Assembly: GCA_907165135.1 (NCBI GenBank) | Contig: OU015567.1 | Location: 11,284,001 to 11,348,000 of the forward strand | Source: Oikopleura dioica | Lineage: Eukaryota; Animalia; Chordata | DNA length: 64,000 bases | Direction of reading: 5' to 3' | Shown here: positions 14,027 to 25,592 of the stretch, piece after piece | Layout: each line of letters opens with the position of its first letter | How positions within the stretch are numbered: position 1 is the first letter of the stretch | Notes under the pieces: generated by a model | Database searches by the model: none | What the model saw: only the letters and a program-made list of their open reading frames with translations | Told to the model about the DNA's origin: nothing | Translations under genes and position numbers: made by a program

Positions 14027-15528
14027 CTGACTGTACTCTTGTAGCACTGAGTAATTCCTGACCACTCACGCCTGGAGGCAGATGCTTCTCTCGAGAACTT
14101 TCTCTCTAGAATTCAAGCTGAAGGATGAACGAAGGCTCCCGGAGGAGATGAGAGGTGGTGTTGAACCAACTGATTGGCGGATTCAGGAACTGGAACTGGA
14201 TGAATCTTAGTATTTTTCTTCTATCTTCTTATGACCTCACGGGGCGCCGAAGAGTAGCCTCACTCCCCACCCGCTCTTTCTCTCTCTCTCTTTTACAAGT
14301 TTCCGCGGTTGATTTGAAAAAATAGGAAGCAAATTTTTAATTGCAAAAAAAGTTTTCTGCGCTCGGAAATGGTGATGTGCGAATGTATTCAAAGCTAAAA
14401 GCAAGTAATGATGGTGAACCAACACTCCTGATTGGGCTCTGGAAAAGTGCTGAGCACAGCACCGACGCCGTCGCTGCGCCGAGATCGCGCATTCTCAAAC
14501 GCGCGGTCTATTAACGCGACTTCCAGCGGGAACCGAAGCGGAATGAGGTCTGAATTCTTCCCTCCTTTTCATGATTACGTTACGATTGCGCATCAGGTTG
14601 ATTTCAATCAAAAAAGACAGGAAAACTGTAATTTTAGACGAGTTGTTTTGCTGAAAAATCGCTGAGCGAAGGGTGAGGGGCGCGATTCAAAATAGTCGTC
14701 GAGACCCGAGGTATCTCATAGTCAATGTGAGCGAATCGACCCCGCCAAACAGAGTCTCCAAGACATGAAAAAAGGATGATCCAGAATAAAATCCAGAGCA
14801 GCTTATCGTCAAATCGATGAGAGACAATTATTGTCCGACGAGTTCAAATTATCCAACACGAAAACATGCATCAAAACAATATCAAGTTCATATAAAACCG
14901 GGTTATACAATCGATAAAATAATAATTATATGAAGAAATCGAGTTGTTTTCAAGATTATAAATAGAATTTTGAATTGTTGTTTTGATGAAAATGACGTGT
15001 ATGGAAGGGTCTCAGGGTATTTTCTTAGAAATTTGTGATGATGAATTTTTTATGAAAAATGAAGATTTGTTGATGAAAAATTATAGAAAAGAATGTGTAC
15101 CTATTCTATGAAAAATGTGTTGCAATATGCAATTTTTTCGATAAATATTATTCTTTAATGCAATTCACTTAATCTTCCTCTAAAGCGTCATTTTAGATCA
15201 GAAGTTTCTAACTGCGGCTAGATGAAAGCTTTTTGTGTTCTTGATCAGCTTACTTGGTTTAGTTAGTTTCTTTTATGGGTGGTGCTGTTGGCGCGTCGCT
15301 TGAAATTTTAAACCTGCTGCTGATCCAGCCCTGGTTTTGGTTGCTAAACCTTCCACGTCCGATTCAGTCCGTTCTGGGCAGTCTGCGTTCTCAGTTTTTA
15401 GTTTCTCGAAAACTTGAAACTGTTTTGACAAACAACGATTGCCAGCAGTACGACTCAACTTGCCCTTTTCTGAAGCAGAGATCCTCAAGATTCCAAGTTA
15501 CGTAGAACTGCAGTGATCACGTGGGACG

Positions 15529-18500
15529 ATGCGACGAAAAGAGATATTTTTCCTCGGACTTCTGCAGACTGTTTCTTCTGCGAAACGATTCAAAACGAAA
15601 GCGGAGAAAATCGAGAAACAGTTTGGAGAGACAGATGCTGACGATATCATCTTCACAAAAGCTCAGATCGAAAAGATTCAAGAGTTGAATATCTTGGAGT
15701 CGCTGAATTTTGACATTTCGAGATTGAGGACGTTTCCGAACGAAACAGAGCCAGCATCGAGAAATGTGGCGAACAGAAATCTTTACGATATCTGGGATCA
15801 GCATGTTGATGATAGAGGAAATAAGCTGGTGCACTTTGAATTCAGTGAGACCATGAATAAGAAAGACAGAAAATTAATCCAGGCGGCGATGCAGGTAAAT
15901 AAAACCATATTTTCAAATTTATTCCGACTATGATAAATTCTCGTTTTTAGGAAATTGAAGATGCTAGTTGTATAAGATTTGTGCCGAGATGGAATGAGCC
16001 GGACTACCTACGAATTTTTCAAGGTAAACTCCTTCAAGAAACCTCGAATAAAATTTTCAGGGTATGGCTGCTGGAGCTTTGTTGGCCGAAAAGGAGGCGA
16101 GCAACAGATCTCTATCGGCTCTTGTATCCGTCGACATGGCTCCGTCGTCCACGAATTTCTCCATGCTCTTGGATTCTTCCACGCGCAATCTCGCCCCGAC
16201 CGCGACGAGTACATCGAAGTGAGATGGGACAATATCAAGGAGGGTGTTGAGCCAAACTTCATGAAGTTGAACATGCGAGAATGGTTCAATATGTCTACTC
16301 CTTATGATACTAGGAGTGTGATGCATTACTCAGGTCTTGCTTTCGCAAAAGATAGAAGAATTCCATCGATTGTCGTAAGTCGAGATTTATATTTTTTATT
16401 TAGTGAAAGTCTTTTTTAATCTAAACATAGTCAAGTTGTAAGGTAAACAAGTTTGGATATCCGCCTTGATTTCCTGGTGACTTTGCATGCTAATCTCAGC
16501 GTTTTCTTTAGGATTTGAGCACCAACAAGCCCGTCGTCGCTCAACGTGATGGCATGTCGAAATGGGACAAGGCGAAGCTCTGTATCCTTTACCAGTGCAA
16601 TTCGTGTCAAGTTTCCAACGCTAAGTTTACTTGTGGGTCCCAGATCATCCACAAGGTAATGTGAATCGTTTCGATCCGCACAGACTTGAGTTTTTCAGAA
16701 CAAACTTTGTGACGGATCCATTGACTGCGACCTTGGCCAAGACGAAAACTGCTACCGAAGATGTTGCGATTCAATGAAGATATCGCATAACAACGAAGAT
16801 CACTATTTGATGCGACATATTTACACCGACTCTGAAGAGGGTGCGAAAGACTTCTACGAGAATAGACATGGCCAAAAAATCTTTGCGACAGAAGGCCACT
16901 GGGTATTTGCTGATCAAAATGGTGAAGAAGTTTTCAGCTGGGAATCATTCTCCAGTTGTCCAACGGATATTGTTGAAGAAGGCAGATCCGTTCAATGCGC
17001 TGATGTTTTCACTCCGTGGTCTATGTGGAGTTCATGTGATCCAGATTGCTACGACGGAGTGAGGAGTCGAGAAAGAAGCTGTGCTGTAAGCGAAGCCTGT
17101 CAGGATGATGACCAAATCCAGCATGAGGCATGTACGCCTGCAAAATGCGCAGAAATGGCGACAGCACAGGCAACTACCACGTCTACGTCGACAACGACTA
17201 CCACCCCAGATGAAGAAGATGAAACTGAAGAAGATTTAACTCCAAGCGATTCCGCTGGATCAAACCCATTTGGGCCTCCCCAGGAAAGCTTTAATAAATT
17301 AATTTGATATCGAATTGCCTTCTACCGATCGACGAAAGTGATATCACAGTTAAATCATGGGATATCAATGAATTAAGTCTATCTTTATATTTGTCCGAAT
17401 ATTTCGTTTTGAGCTTCTAAAAGCCACCACCTGCGCCTCCTAAATCCACCACGACACCAAAAAAGACTACAACGACGACTTCTACAACGACTACAACAAC
17501 AAAGTCAACAACAACGACAACCACAACTACAACGAAAACGACAACAACTACTAAGAAAACAACAACTACCACTACACGCAAGTCAACAACAACAACAAAA
17601 GAGACAACCAGTACAAGCAAAGCATCAACAACAACCACAACGAAGGATGTAAGCGTTGTTCTTGCAGCTGATGGGACAACTGTGACGGATTGCACAGGAA
17701 AAAATCTTTTTGATTCTTTCATAATTGACGATTCTGTGGAACTCTTCGCTTGTGAACCAAAGATCTGCAACGTCAGATGTAAACATCCAACCGCTCGAGT
17801 CGAACATCCAGGTATTCGAAGCACGGGAAATATTGTCTGTCGAACACGAATCGGAAGTCCGGGAAGATGGAGACCAAAAGTCAAAGTAACTCCGTCGGGT
17901 TTTATCAATAAAGTCCTGGTGAAGTGCTCCGGGGGCACTGGAATCAAACCGACTACGACAAAAGCTACAACGACGACAACGGCCGCTTCAGGACCAGCGG
18001 ATGGCGCTGGAATTACATTTGGCCCTCCTGCAACTACAACAACTAAAGCAGTGCAAAACGTATGCCCTCATAAAATTAAACATATCAGAGATGGTTCTAG
18101 ACCTCCACTTCTTGCGGCGAAGTCAGATCAAAGCTCAAGGTCGCCGATGATGTTCAAATCAACTGCAAAGGAAATACATGTAAATTCGCGTGTGATGACT
18201 CAAGCAAGTTCATTTCCCGCCAACTTGTCTCCTGTAGAAAAGGAAAATACACTCCAAAACATGCTGTCGTAAGTCAAAGCTTTAAAGCCGATATGCTAAA
18301 CCAGCCTTATCATTTCAGAAAAGACAAATCAGGTGCGACGTTCATCCATCATGTGGAAATGTTGAAAACTTTTTTAATTACGATTTGACGGAAATGGATG
18401 TGATTTATCGTCAAAGCGAAGATAAAAATTCATTGGGAGATGCTTTCTTCGTTTGTAAGGAATTGTTTTTAAAAATCCGCAGAAACCATGCATTTTTATA

Positions 18501-18758
18501 AATTAGAAAAATGTACTTCCGTATTAATAGAGTTTTTATATAAAAAAACCAATGAAGGAACCAGAATATAAAATCGTCGCCTACAAGCAAAAAGCACCCG
18601 GATACACTATTGGGCGAATGATGGTTCCTCCCAAATTCGCCCGTCAATTTACCGAAGACATCACTGAACGAGGATATAAAGTGACTTGCCAACCAAAGAA
18701 AAAGTCTGCTAGGTGGACCGGAACAGTTCAAAAGCATCTGAAATGCGAGAAAAAATAA
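15529..18758 (+). CDS. Secreted astacin (M12A) metalloprotease with LDLa, TSP1, Thr-rich mucin-like segment and Cys-containing C-terminal modules
   Basis: Signal peptide MRRKEIFFLGLLQTVSSA; GCWSFVGR; HEFLHALGFFHAQSRPDRD; Met-turn SVMHY; LCDGSIDCDLGQDENC (LDLa); WSMWSSC..GVRSRERSC (TSP1). The last exon 18552-18758 is assigned by its similarity to the earlier C..RW module. Confidence 0.85.
17424..17650 (+). repeat. ACN-codon low-complexity tract encoding a Thr/Lys-rich mucin-like linker
   Basis: Runs of ACA/ACG/ACT translating to PPPAPPKSTTTPKKTTTTTSTTTT... Confidence 0.85.
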
Positions 18759-18880
18759 TTTAATTTCATCTTTTTGTCCAATAGTTTTCATATACTTGTG
18801 ATAATTCAATTATCAATACAGAAGCCCGCGATTTGTACCTTTGGTAACATCTGAATTGTAAACTTGCGACGTCATATTTG

Positions 18881-19136
18881 TATTGGGATCTTAGATTCGT
18901 TAGACTCCCTCGTCCCCTAAGGTCACTTGCTTATCTAGATCGAGCTTTGCTCGGTCGCCGCCGTGTATTTCTCTCCATTCGGTAATTCTCGCAGTTCGTG
19001 AATTAACCTCTATTTTACTCCAGCTCGAAATACAGACGTCAAAGATACTTTACTCGTTTTCTTCCTTCGTCCAGATATAGAGAGCAGGCAAACTACGCTA
19101 GAAGTGGGAGATTCAGCAGAAGCTAGGATCCCTTCA
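18881..19136 (+). repeat. 5' LTR
   Basis: TATTGGGATC...GATCCCTTCA; matches 25107-25362 base for base by eye. Confidence 0.97.
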
Positions 19137-19137
19137 G

Positions 19138-19148
19138 TGGTATCAGAG
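19138..19148 (+). promoter_or_regulatory. Primer-binding site complementary to initiator tRNA-Met
   Basis: TGGTATCAGAG, 1 nt after the LTR end; canonical tRNAi-Met PBS is TGGTATCAGAGC. Confidence 0.9.
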
Positions 19149-19651
19149 TAGTCCCGTTGGAGAAAAGGTAAATTTTCCGCCATCGACAACCGAAGTTTCG
19201 CAACTTGGACGCTGATTGGCCGTCAGCGGAGTCGAGGGGAACCGAATCACCAACCGCCACCGCGCCGCCGGAGAAACTCCACTCAGAGAATTTTCCGCGC
19301 CGCACCACACCAACACCACCCCGAGCGAGCGCCACCACACGAGCGCCACCACGACCCACGCGCCGAAAGTCGCGCCCACGCAACCACGCACGCACGCCGG
19401 GGAAAACCTAAAATACTCAGAAAAACAGAATTCTTTCGCCACTTTTCACCAAAAATCGAGAGAAGTTTACGAAGAATCGACCCTTGGACCAGACCTTGAA
19501 ATTTCGACAATCGCTGGACAGAGAAATCGTCGGGCGTTTGCGCAAAAGGCACCTCAGCTCATCATATTGCGACTTTTAGTCGCAGTATTTTCTGAGGGCC
19601 TGAAAGGTAATCCAAGGCCCATAAACCCTTACTGCCGATATATTTCGAGCT

Positions 19652-22600
19652 ATGGCGGCGAACAAATCACTGCTAGAAACCGTCACCGAAATAAGAAGCA
19701 TAAACGATCGAGTAAACTACCTCGAAGAACAAGTGCGAAATGACGAATCACTTAAGCCAAGCCTAGAGCCCTTGATCACAGAAAGCAGAGTAAAATTAGA
19801 ACAGCTCAGTACAACGCTTCTTACCTGCGAGCTCGATCAAGGAAAAGAATCTACGAATGCTACAATGAGAGAAGAAGCATGGGTGGCCACTACCTGGTCT
19901 CGTCACGTCCAAGACTTGCCGAAGCTGGACGCCGCATGCAACACATCTTTCAACACCTTCTTGGGCAGAGCCGACATTTATCACCGCGCCTACGTCCGCG
20001 ACAGACCTTCACGTGAACAGCCTTTCATCGCAGCAGTGTACAGCCACTTCGACTTGAACATCGAACGCTCACTTGGAACCGAATTTCTGAATTGTCAAGA
20101 CTGGAAATCGGCCAAGGCGCTGCTAGAGAAATCATTCGCCGCGAAGAGTCACTACTTACTGAAGCTAAGCGAAGTTTTCGACGTCGAATACGACCATTCG
20201 AAGCCGTTTGCACACTACACCGCCAACGTCTTGCAAAAGATGAACGAGGCGAAGCAAGCGACTTTGAACTCTTACCGACAAGAGAAGTCAGCCGACGCCG
20301 GGGTCGATGAAATATTCGACATATTCTCGACGATGATGCTGTACTTGAATCTTAGGAAAGAAGAACCAGACGTTTTCAACGCAATCCTTCCAAGCCTATC
20401 AAAAGTTTACGATATCAACGAACTCTGCCGTCTCGCCCAATCCACAAGACAGAATCGAGTTGACAGCGCGACCGTCTCCCAGCACTTCAACAGAAATAAG
20501 AACAAAAAGAAGAAGAATGCTAAGCGCGCCAGCACCGATTCTAAGGATGGGAAAGACGATAAACAACCAGAATCCAAGAAGATTAATACGACTAAGAACG
20601 TCGAAGATTTCCAACCATTCGATGTTCACTTTTACACAGTGAAGAAGAAGCGACCAGGAAAGGCTTATTTCGCTTCGGCTACCATCATTACGGGCTCTAA
20701 AAGTTTTGACGTATCGATGGAAGTCGACAGCGGAGCCGAGTCCTCCTGTCTGTCCGCTGCTTACGTTCCCGACAAATTTCTCCAGATGCTGAAGCCCTGC
20801 CCCTTCAAGGTCACCGGTTTCAGCCCAAATATCCCCGCCGAGCAGCCGAGGGGTATCCTTCCCTGCCGCTTATCATTCAATGGTGGCCCTGCATTCTCCT
20901 TGAATCTCACCATCATGCCAGGCAGTAAATACCCAAGTCTACTGGGCCGCGATATACTAGAGAATGCGATGACGGACAGCTTCACAGTCGACAATAAGAA
21001 TCGTACTCTCTCATTTTGCTACAACGAAGCCTTCACACAAACTGAGACTCAAGTGGTGAAGCTGGACGGAGTGAAGCGGACCAAAATCAAGAAATACTTG
21101 ACGACTAGATCAGCGGTCAAAGACAGCGATCGGTCCCGCACTCAACCACCACGAGAAGTCCCAAAGCTGGACGCGCCGAACAAGAACGCAGCCAGGTGCC
21201 CCATTCAGCTAGCGAAGCAAAAACTCGGAATAACCCTACCAGCAGACGCAGACCCGGGGCAAAAGAAGATGGTCGCCGAGCTGTGTTTGGAATTCGACGA
21301 CAGATTCGGCTGCGACGGTCAAAAAATGGGTGAATTCCCGTTCGAGATCGAAATCCCGACTGATGGTACGAGTCGAAACATCAGTCAACACCCGATTCCG
21401 CAAGCTTTTCATGGTCAGGTCAGCGATCACATCTCCGAACTGCTCGAAACGAAAATAATAGAAGAGATCAAAGACCAGAAAGGGTTTAACAGCCCGGTAT
21501 TGCCTATTCCTAAGAAATCTGGGGAAATGCGCTTCTGCATCAACTACAAAAACAGCCTGAACAAATGCCTCTCCGACAAATCCGACCCTTACCATCTCCC
21601 AAGCATGGAGGATACGATCGCGAACATTGGACCGGGCAATAAGTTTTTCGCCACAGTTGATCTACGAAGTGGATATTGGCAGTGCCCTGTAAAGAAAAGC
21701 GACAGGTACAAGACTTCCTTCCAGTGGGGTGGGAAATCTTACGCCTTCTGCAGACTACCATTCGGTTATCGATGCTCGGGGAATATATTCTCGCGCGTCG
21801 TAAACACAATTCTCGACTCAAGCCCCACCAGGAAAAAGATGCTTTCTTATATCGATGACATAGTGTGTTTTGGGAAGACTTTCAGCTGCTATTATAACAC
21901 TCTCCGAAACCTATTCATCGCGCTCCGCAAGTTTAACGCTAAACTCAAGGGCGAAAAGTGCTCTTTCCTACAATCCGAAGCTCACTTTTTGGGCCGAATC
22001 ATCAACGAAGATGGAATCAAACCGGACCCTGCGCAAGTCTCCGCTCTTCGTCAGATGAAACCCCCACGCTCCCAAAAGGAGTTAGCTTCATTAATCGGGT
22101 CATTGAATTGGATCCGAGGTTTTCTAGAAACGAAAATGGGCGAAGCTATTTCATCCGGTTGCTTCTCGAGCAGAATGAAGCCCATAAACGATGTTCGAAA
22201 TTCGGCGAACGAAACAAATTGTTTCAAGTGGACCAAAGAAGCGGATTTGGCGCTCAAGGAAATTCAACGACGACTCTCCGAGACTCCAGTCATAAGTTTT
22301 CCTAACTTTGACGAGTCTTTTCATCTCTACACAGACGCGAGCCTGTACGCAGCGGGTGGCGTCCTGCTACAAGAGTATGGCGGGAGAGTGCACCTAGTAA
22401 GCGCGATTTCCCACACCTTCAACAAAGCTGAAAGAAAATGGAACACTTCAGAAAAGGAAATGTTTAGCATTGTCTGGTGCTGCGAGCGACTGGAAAAGCT
22501 CCTGAAAGGTAGATTCTTTCAGATTCACACAGACCACCGATCTTTGATCTTCCTACACAAAAAGAAGTTCAAGAATTCTAAAATAAGCCGATGGCAAAGC

Positions 22601-24801
22601 CGATTGGAAGAATTCGATTTTCACATTGTCTACATCAAGGGATCAGAAAATCAATTCGCCGACTTTATGAGCCGCAGACCTGGCGAGGACGACAAATCAC
22701 TTGGATACGACTCCGAGTTTCCCGTTGGTCGCGAGTACGAAATCGACAAGAATTCACCAGTACGTGTCTTCGTCCCTTTCTGGAACGAAAATCAGTTTCC
22801 GGAGAAAATCACTTTATCAGAGGTGAAGATACATAAGGTAAACGTCAAGGCTATCGCGGCGCCAATGGAGATTCCGTTGGTGTCAGCGAATTATAATAAC
22901 ATTCTGGACTATCAAAGGGAGGACTCTGCTCTGAGTGCAATCATCACTTTTCTGGAATCTGGTAAGGAGCCACTGGACATAAAATCGCTGGTGAAGGACT
23001 CCGACCACCGACAATCGTCTCTACTCAAGATGGAAAAAGCTCTGTTCCTGGATAACACTACCGGGTGCTTGATGTGTCAATTCAAATCTGGCGCGCGGGC
23101 GGTGGTACCGGAAGCGGTAAAAGTCACTTTCTCTTTCTAGCTCACGACTTGTCCGGTCATCTGGGCGAGCCGCGGACTTTAGAGCGATTAGAGGACGTTT
23201 GGTGGCCTTCATTTCAAGACGATGTTTCTAACTACGTCCACAGCTGCGTCCCTTGCCTACGCAGAAAAGGATCTGCTGGAACTCGTACCAAACCGCCACT
23301 TGGAACCCTTCGTCGTGGAAAAACAGCTGGCGAATCGATTCAGATCGATTTCGCTTGTATGCCTCCCGCTGGCGGATTCAAGTATTATTTGGTGGTGGCG
23401 GACACTTTCTCTCGCTACACTTGGTGCATTCCGACACGGTCCGACACTGCTATCTGCGCCGCAAAAGCGCTCATCTACAAGGTCTTCCTTCCCATGGATT
23501 TCTTGCCGAAACATCTACACAGTGACAGAGGTACCCACTTCTGCGCAAGCGTGATTGACGAAATGTGTAAGCTTAACCAGATAAAACATACAATAAGTAC
23601 CGCATTTCACCCTCAATCAAACGCTTTCGCAGAAAGAGCGAATCGGACTATCAAAAACAGTCTATTCTGCATGGTCAACTCATCTTCCGGTCGAAAAACT
23701 TGGGCCGACTGCGTTCCCCACGTGATGCGCGCGCTCAATAGTGTGAAAAACAAAAGCACGAAAATTTCACCGCGAGAAGTTTGGTTTGGCCGAAAAAGTA
23801 CTTTCACCCACTCTACTGGCGCAGAAATGACAGCGGAAACACCTCAGGTGTTTGGTCTCAATGTGGGAGCTTTAGCGAAATCGGCGGAAGCCATTGTGAA
23901 AACTGCGATGGAAGCTGCTGACCGAGCCATGGAGCACAGGCTGAAAAACGAGCCTAAGCCGAGACCAATCCCGCTGGCGCTGTCGTGTACATTAAGCGAG
24001 AAAACCTGACCGACGCTAAAAGCAAGAAGGAACGCTGGGTAGGTCCCCTGAAAGCCGTTTCGAGCAACGACTGGGTCGTCATGGTCGAAGATAAAAAGGA
24101 CAACGTGATTTCATCCATCGAGAACACGTGGTTCACGCCGCAGAACGAAATCACGACTTACGCTGGATTGATTACTACGAGGCCGAGTACGTATTCCCAC
24201 ATTTAACCGAAATCGTTAAGTCGAAAGTCCCACAAAAATCGCCTGTTCCTACTTCCAAACCGATGGAAAAGTCCGGGTCGAAGTCGCATGGGGGAGGAAA
24301 TCTTCTCAGGTCGCGTCGACTCCGATGGTTGCTATGGAAAAACCGCCAAGATCATCTCTATCACCTATTTTGGAAAGTAGACGCCGATTGGACATGGAAA
24401 ATCTGGGAGATACAACCGCTACATCTATTTTGGACTCGTCGGTAGCTCCAGCCGAGCCGTCAGATCGCTGGTACTCTGGTGGTACTCTTTATGAAACTGC
24501 CGAGGACATGTCAGCTGATGCTACAGTGATTTCGGAGGTTGCTGCGCCCGACAATAGCCATATGTCAGTCGATAAACAAAATTCAACAGTAGTTGAGGGC
24601 TCAGCAACTGAAAACAGCAAGAAAAGAACCCGTCCAAAGTCTTCACCAGATCGTCAATACTCAGCCGGCGCCGATCCGAATGCGACTTTAACCGAAGTTG
24701 GAGCAGCTCATCTCCCGAAACATACAAAACGAGCACACCGTGAAACGAGGCCCGTCGAACCTCTAAACATCGGCACAAACTCGGGTCAGTCATACGACTA
24801 A
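19652..24801 (+). CDS. pol: Gag-Pol polyprotein, split into five frames by four -1 breaks
   Basis: Protease VDSGA; RT YIDD; RNase H TDAS/EKE/TDH/ADFMSR; integrase H-H..C-C, D (IQIDF), D (SDRG), E (AERAN). Breaks at about 23120, 23971, 24110 and 24295. Adding 4 nt gives one ORF of 1718 codons. Confidence 0.92.
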
Positions 24802-25106
24802 GCGCAAGTACTGCCCCACTCAGGTCCCCTATTCATCGACCGGGGCCTGAAAAGGTACGGAAATTATCACAGTTACCGTCGCCGACGTATTTTGAGTTCT
24901 TCTACATGTGCAGCTACTCCTTCATGTCATCACCGCTCGGACATCACGAAAACTTCGCATCTGATTCAAGCTTTTTCCCAAAAAGGGTTTTTAACGCGAA
25001 TCAGACTGCCTCGACGTTTCGAACCTGCCATGTTACTCATCTTACGCTTATACTCCTGCAAAAATCACACACTTTGGCCTTAGAGGACGTTTCAGTCTCA
25101 TGGGGG

Positions 25107-25362
25107 TATTGGGATCTTAGATTCGTTAGACTCCCTCGTCCCCTAAGGTCACTTGCTTATCTAGATCGAGCTTTGCTCGGTCGCCGCCGTGTATTTCTCT
25201 CCATTCGGTAATTCTCGCAGTTCGTGAATTAACCTCTATTTTACTCCAGCTCGAAATACAGACGTCAAAGATACTTTACTCGTTTTCTTCCTTCGTCCAG
25301 ATATAGAGAGCAGGCAAACTACGCTAGAAGTGGGAGATTCAGCAGAAGCTAGGATCCCTTCA
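25107..25362 (+). repeat. 3' LTR, preceded by a short G-tract (TGGGGG, 25101-25106) as putative PPT
   Basis: Direct repeat of 18881-19136. Confidence 0.97.
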
Positions 25363-25592
25363 TTTGACAACATTTATTGACATTTTTAGCATATTGACTA
25401 ATACTCTTGTCAGTAAGATATCTACAGTTTCCATCGTCGATATTTTTACAGTCATATGAAGCCGAGAATAAATATGTACCGTCTCGTTTTTGTGTAGCGT
25501 TTCATAAATACAAATGAATACGGTTGGAGGACAGTAGGGTTAAGCTACTGTGGACAGTTTTCTTCTAGATGTGGGTTAACTTTGCGAACTCG

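Larger units (their letters stand above)
18881..25362 (+). mobile_element. Full-length Ty3/Gypsy LTR retrotransposon (Tor-like), without env
   Basis: Two 256-bp LTRs that appear identical; TTTG duplicated at 18877-18880 and 25363-25366; PBS after the 5' LTR; domain order gag-PR-RT-RH-IN. Confidence 0.97.

Noticed and set aside
23100-24300. Programmed ribosomal frameshifting in Pol
   Set aside because: No X XXY YYZ slippery heptamers; four successive shifts inside integrase are implausible; the same -1 pattern occurs in host genes.
24802-25106. env-like or extra ORF in the retroelement (24906-25211, 24892-25083)
   Set aside because: The ORFs are short, run into the LTR, and lack signal peptide or TM features.
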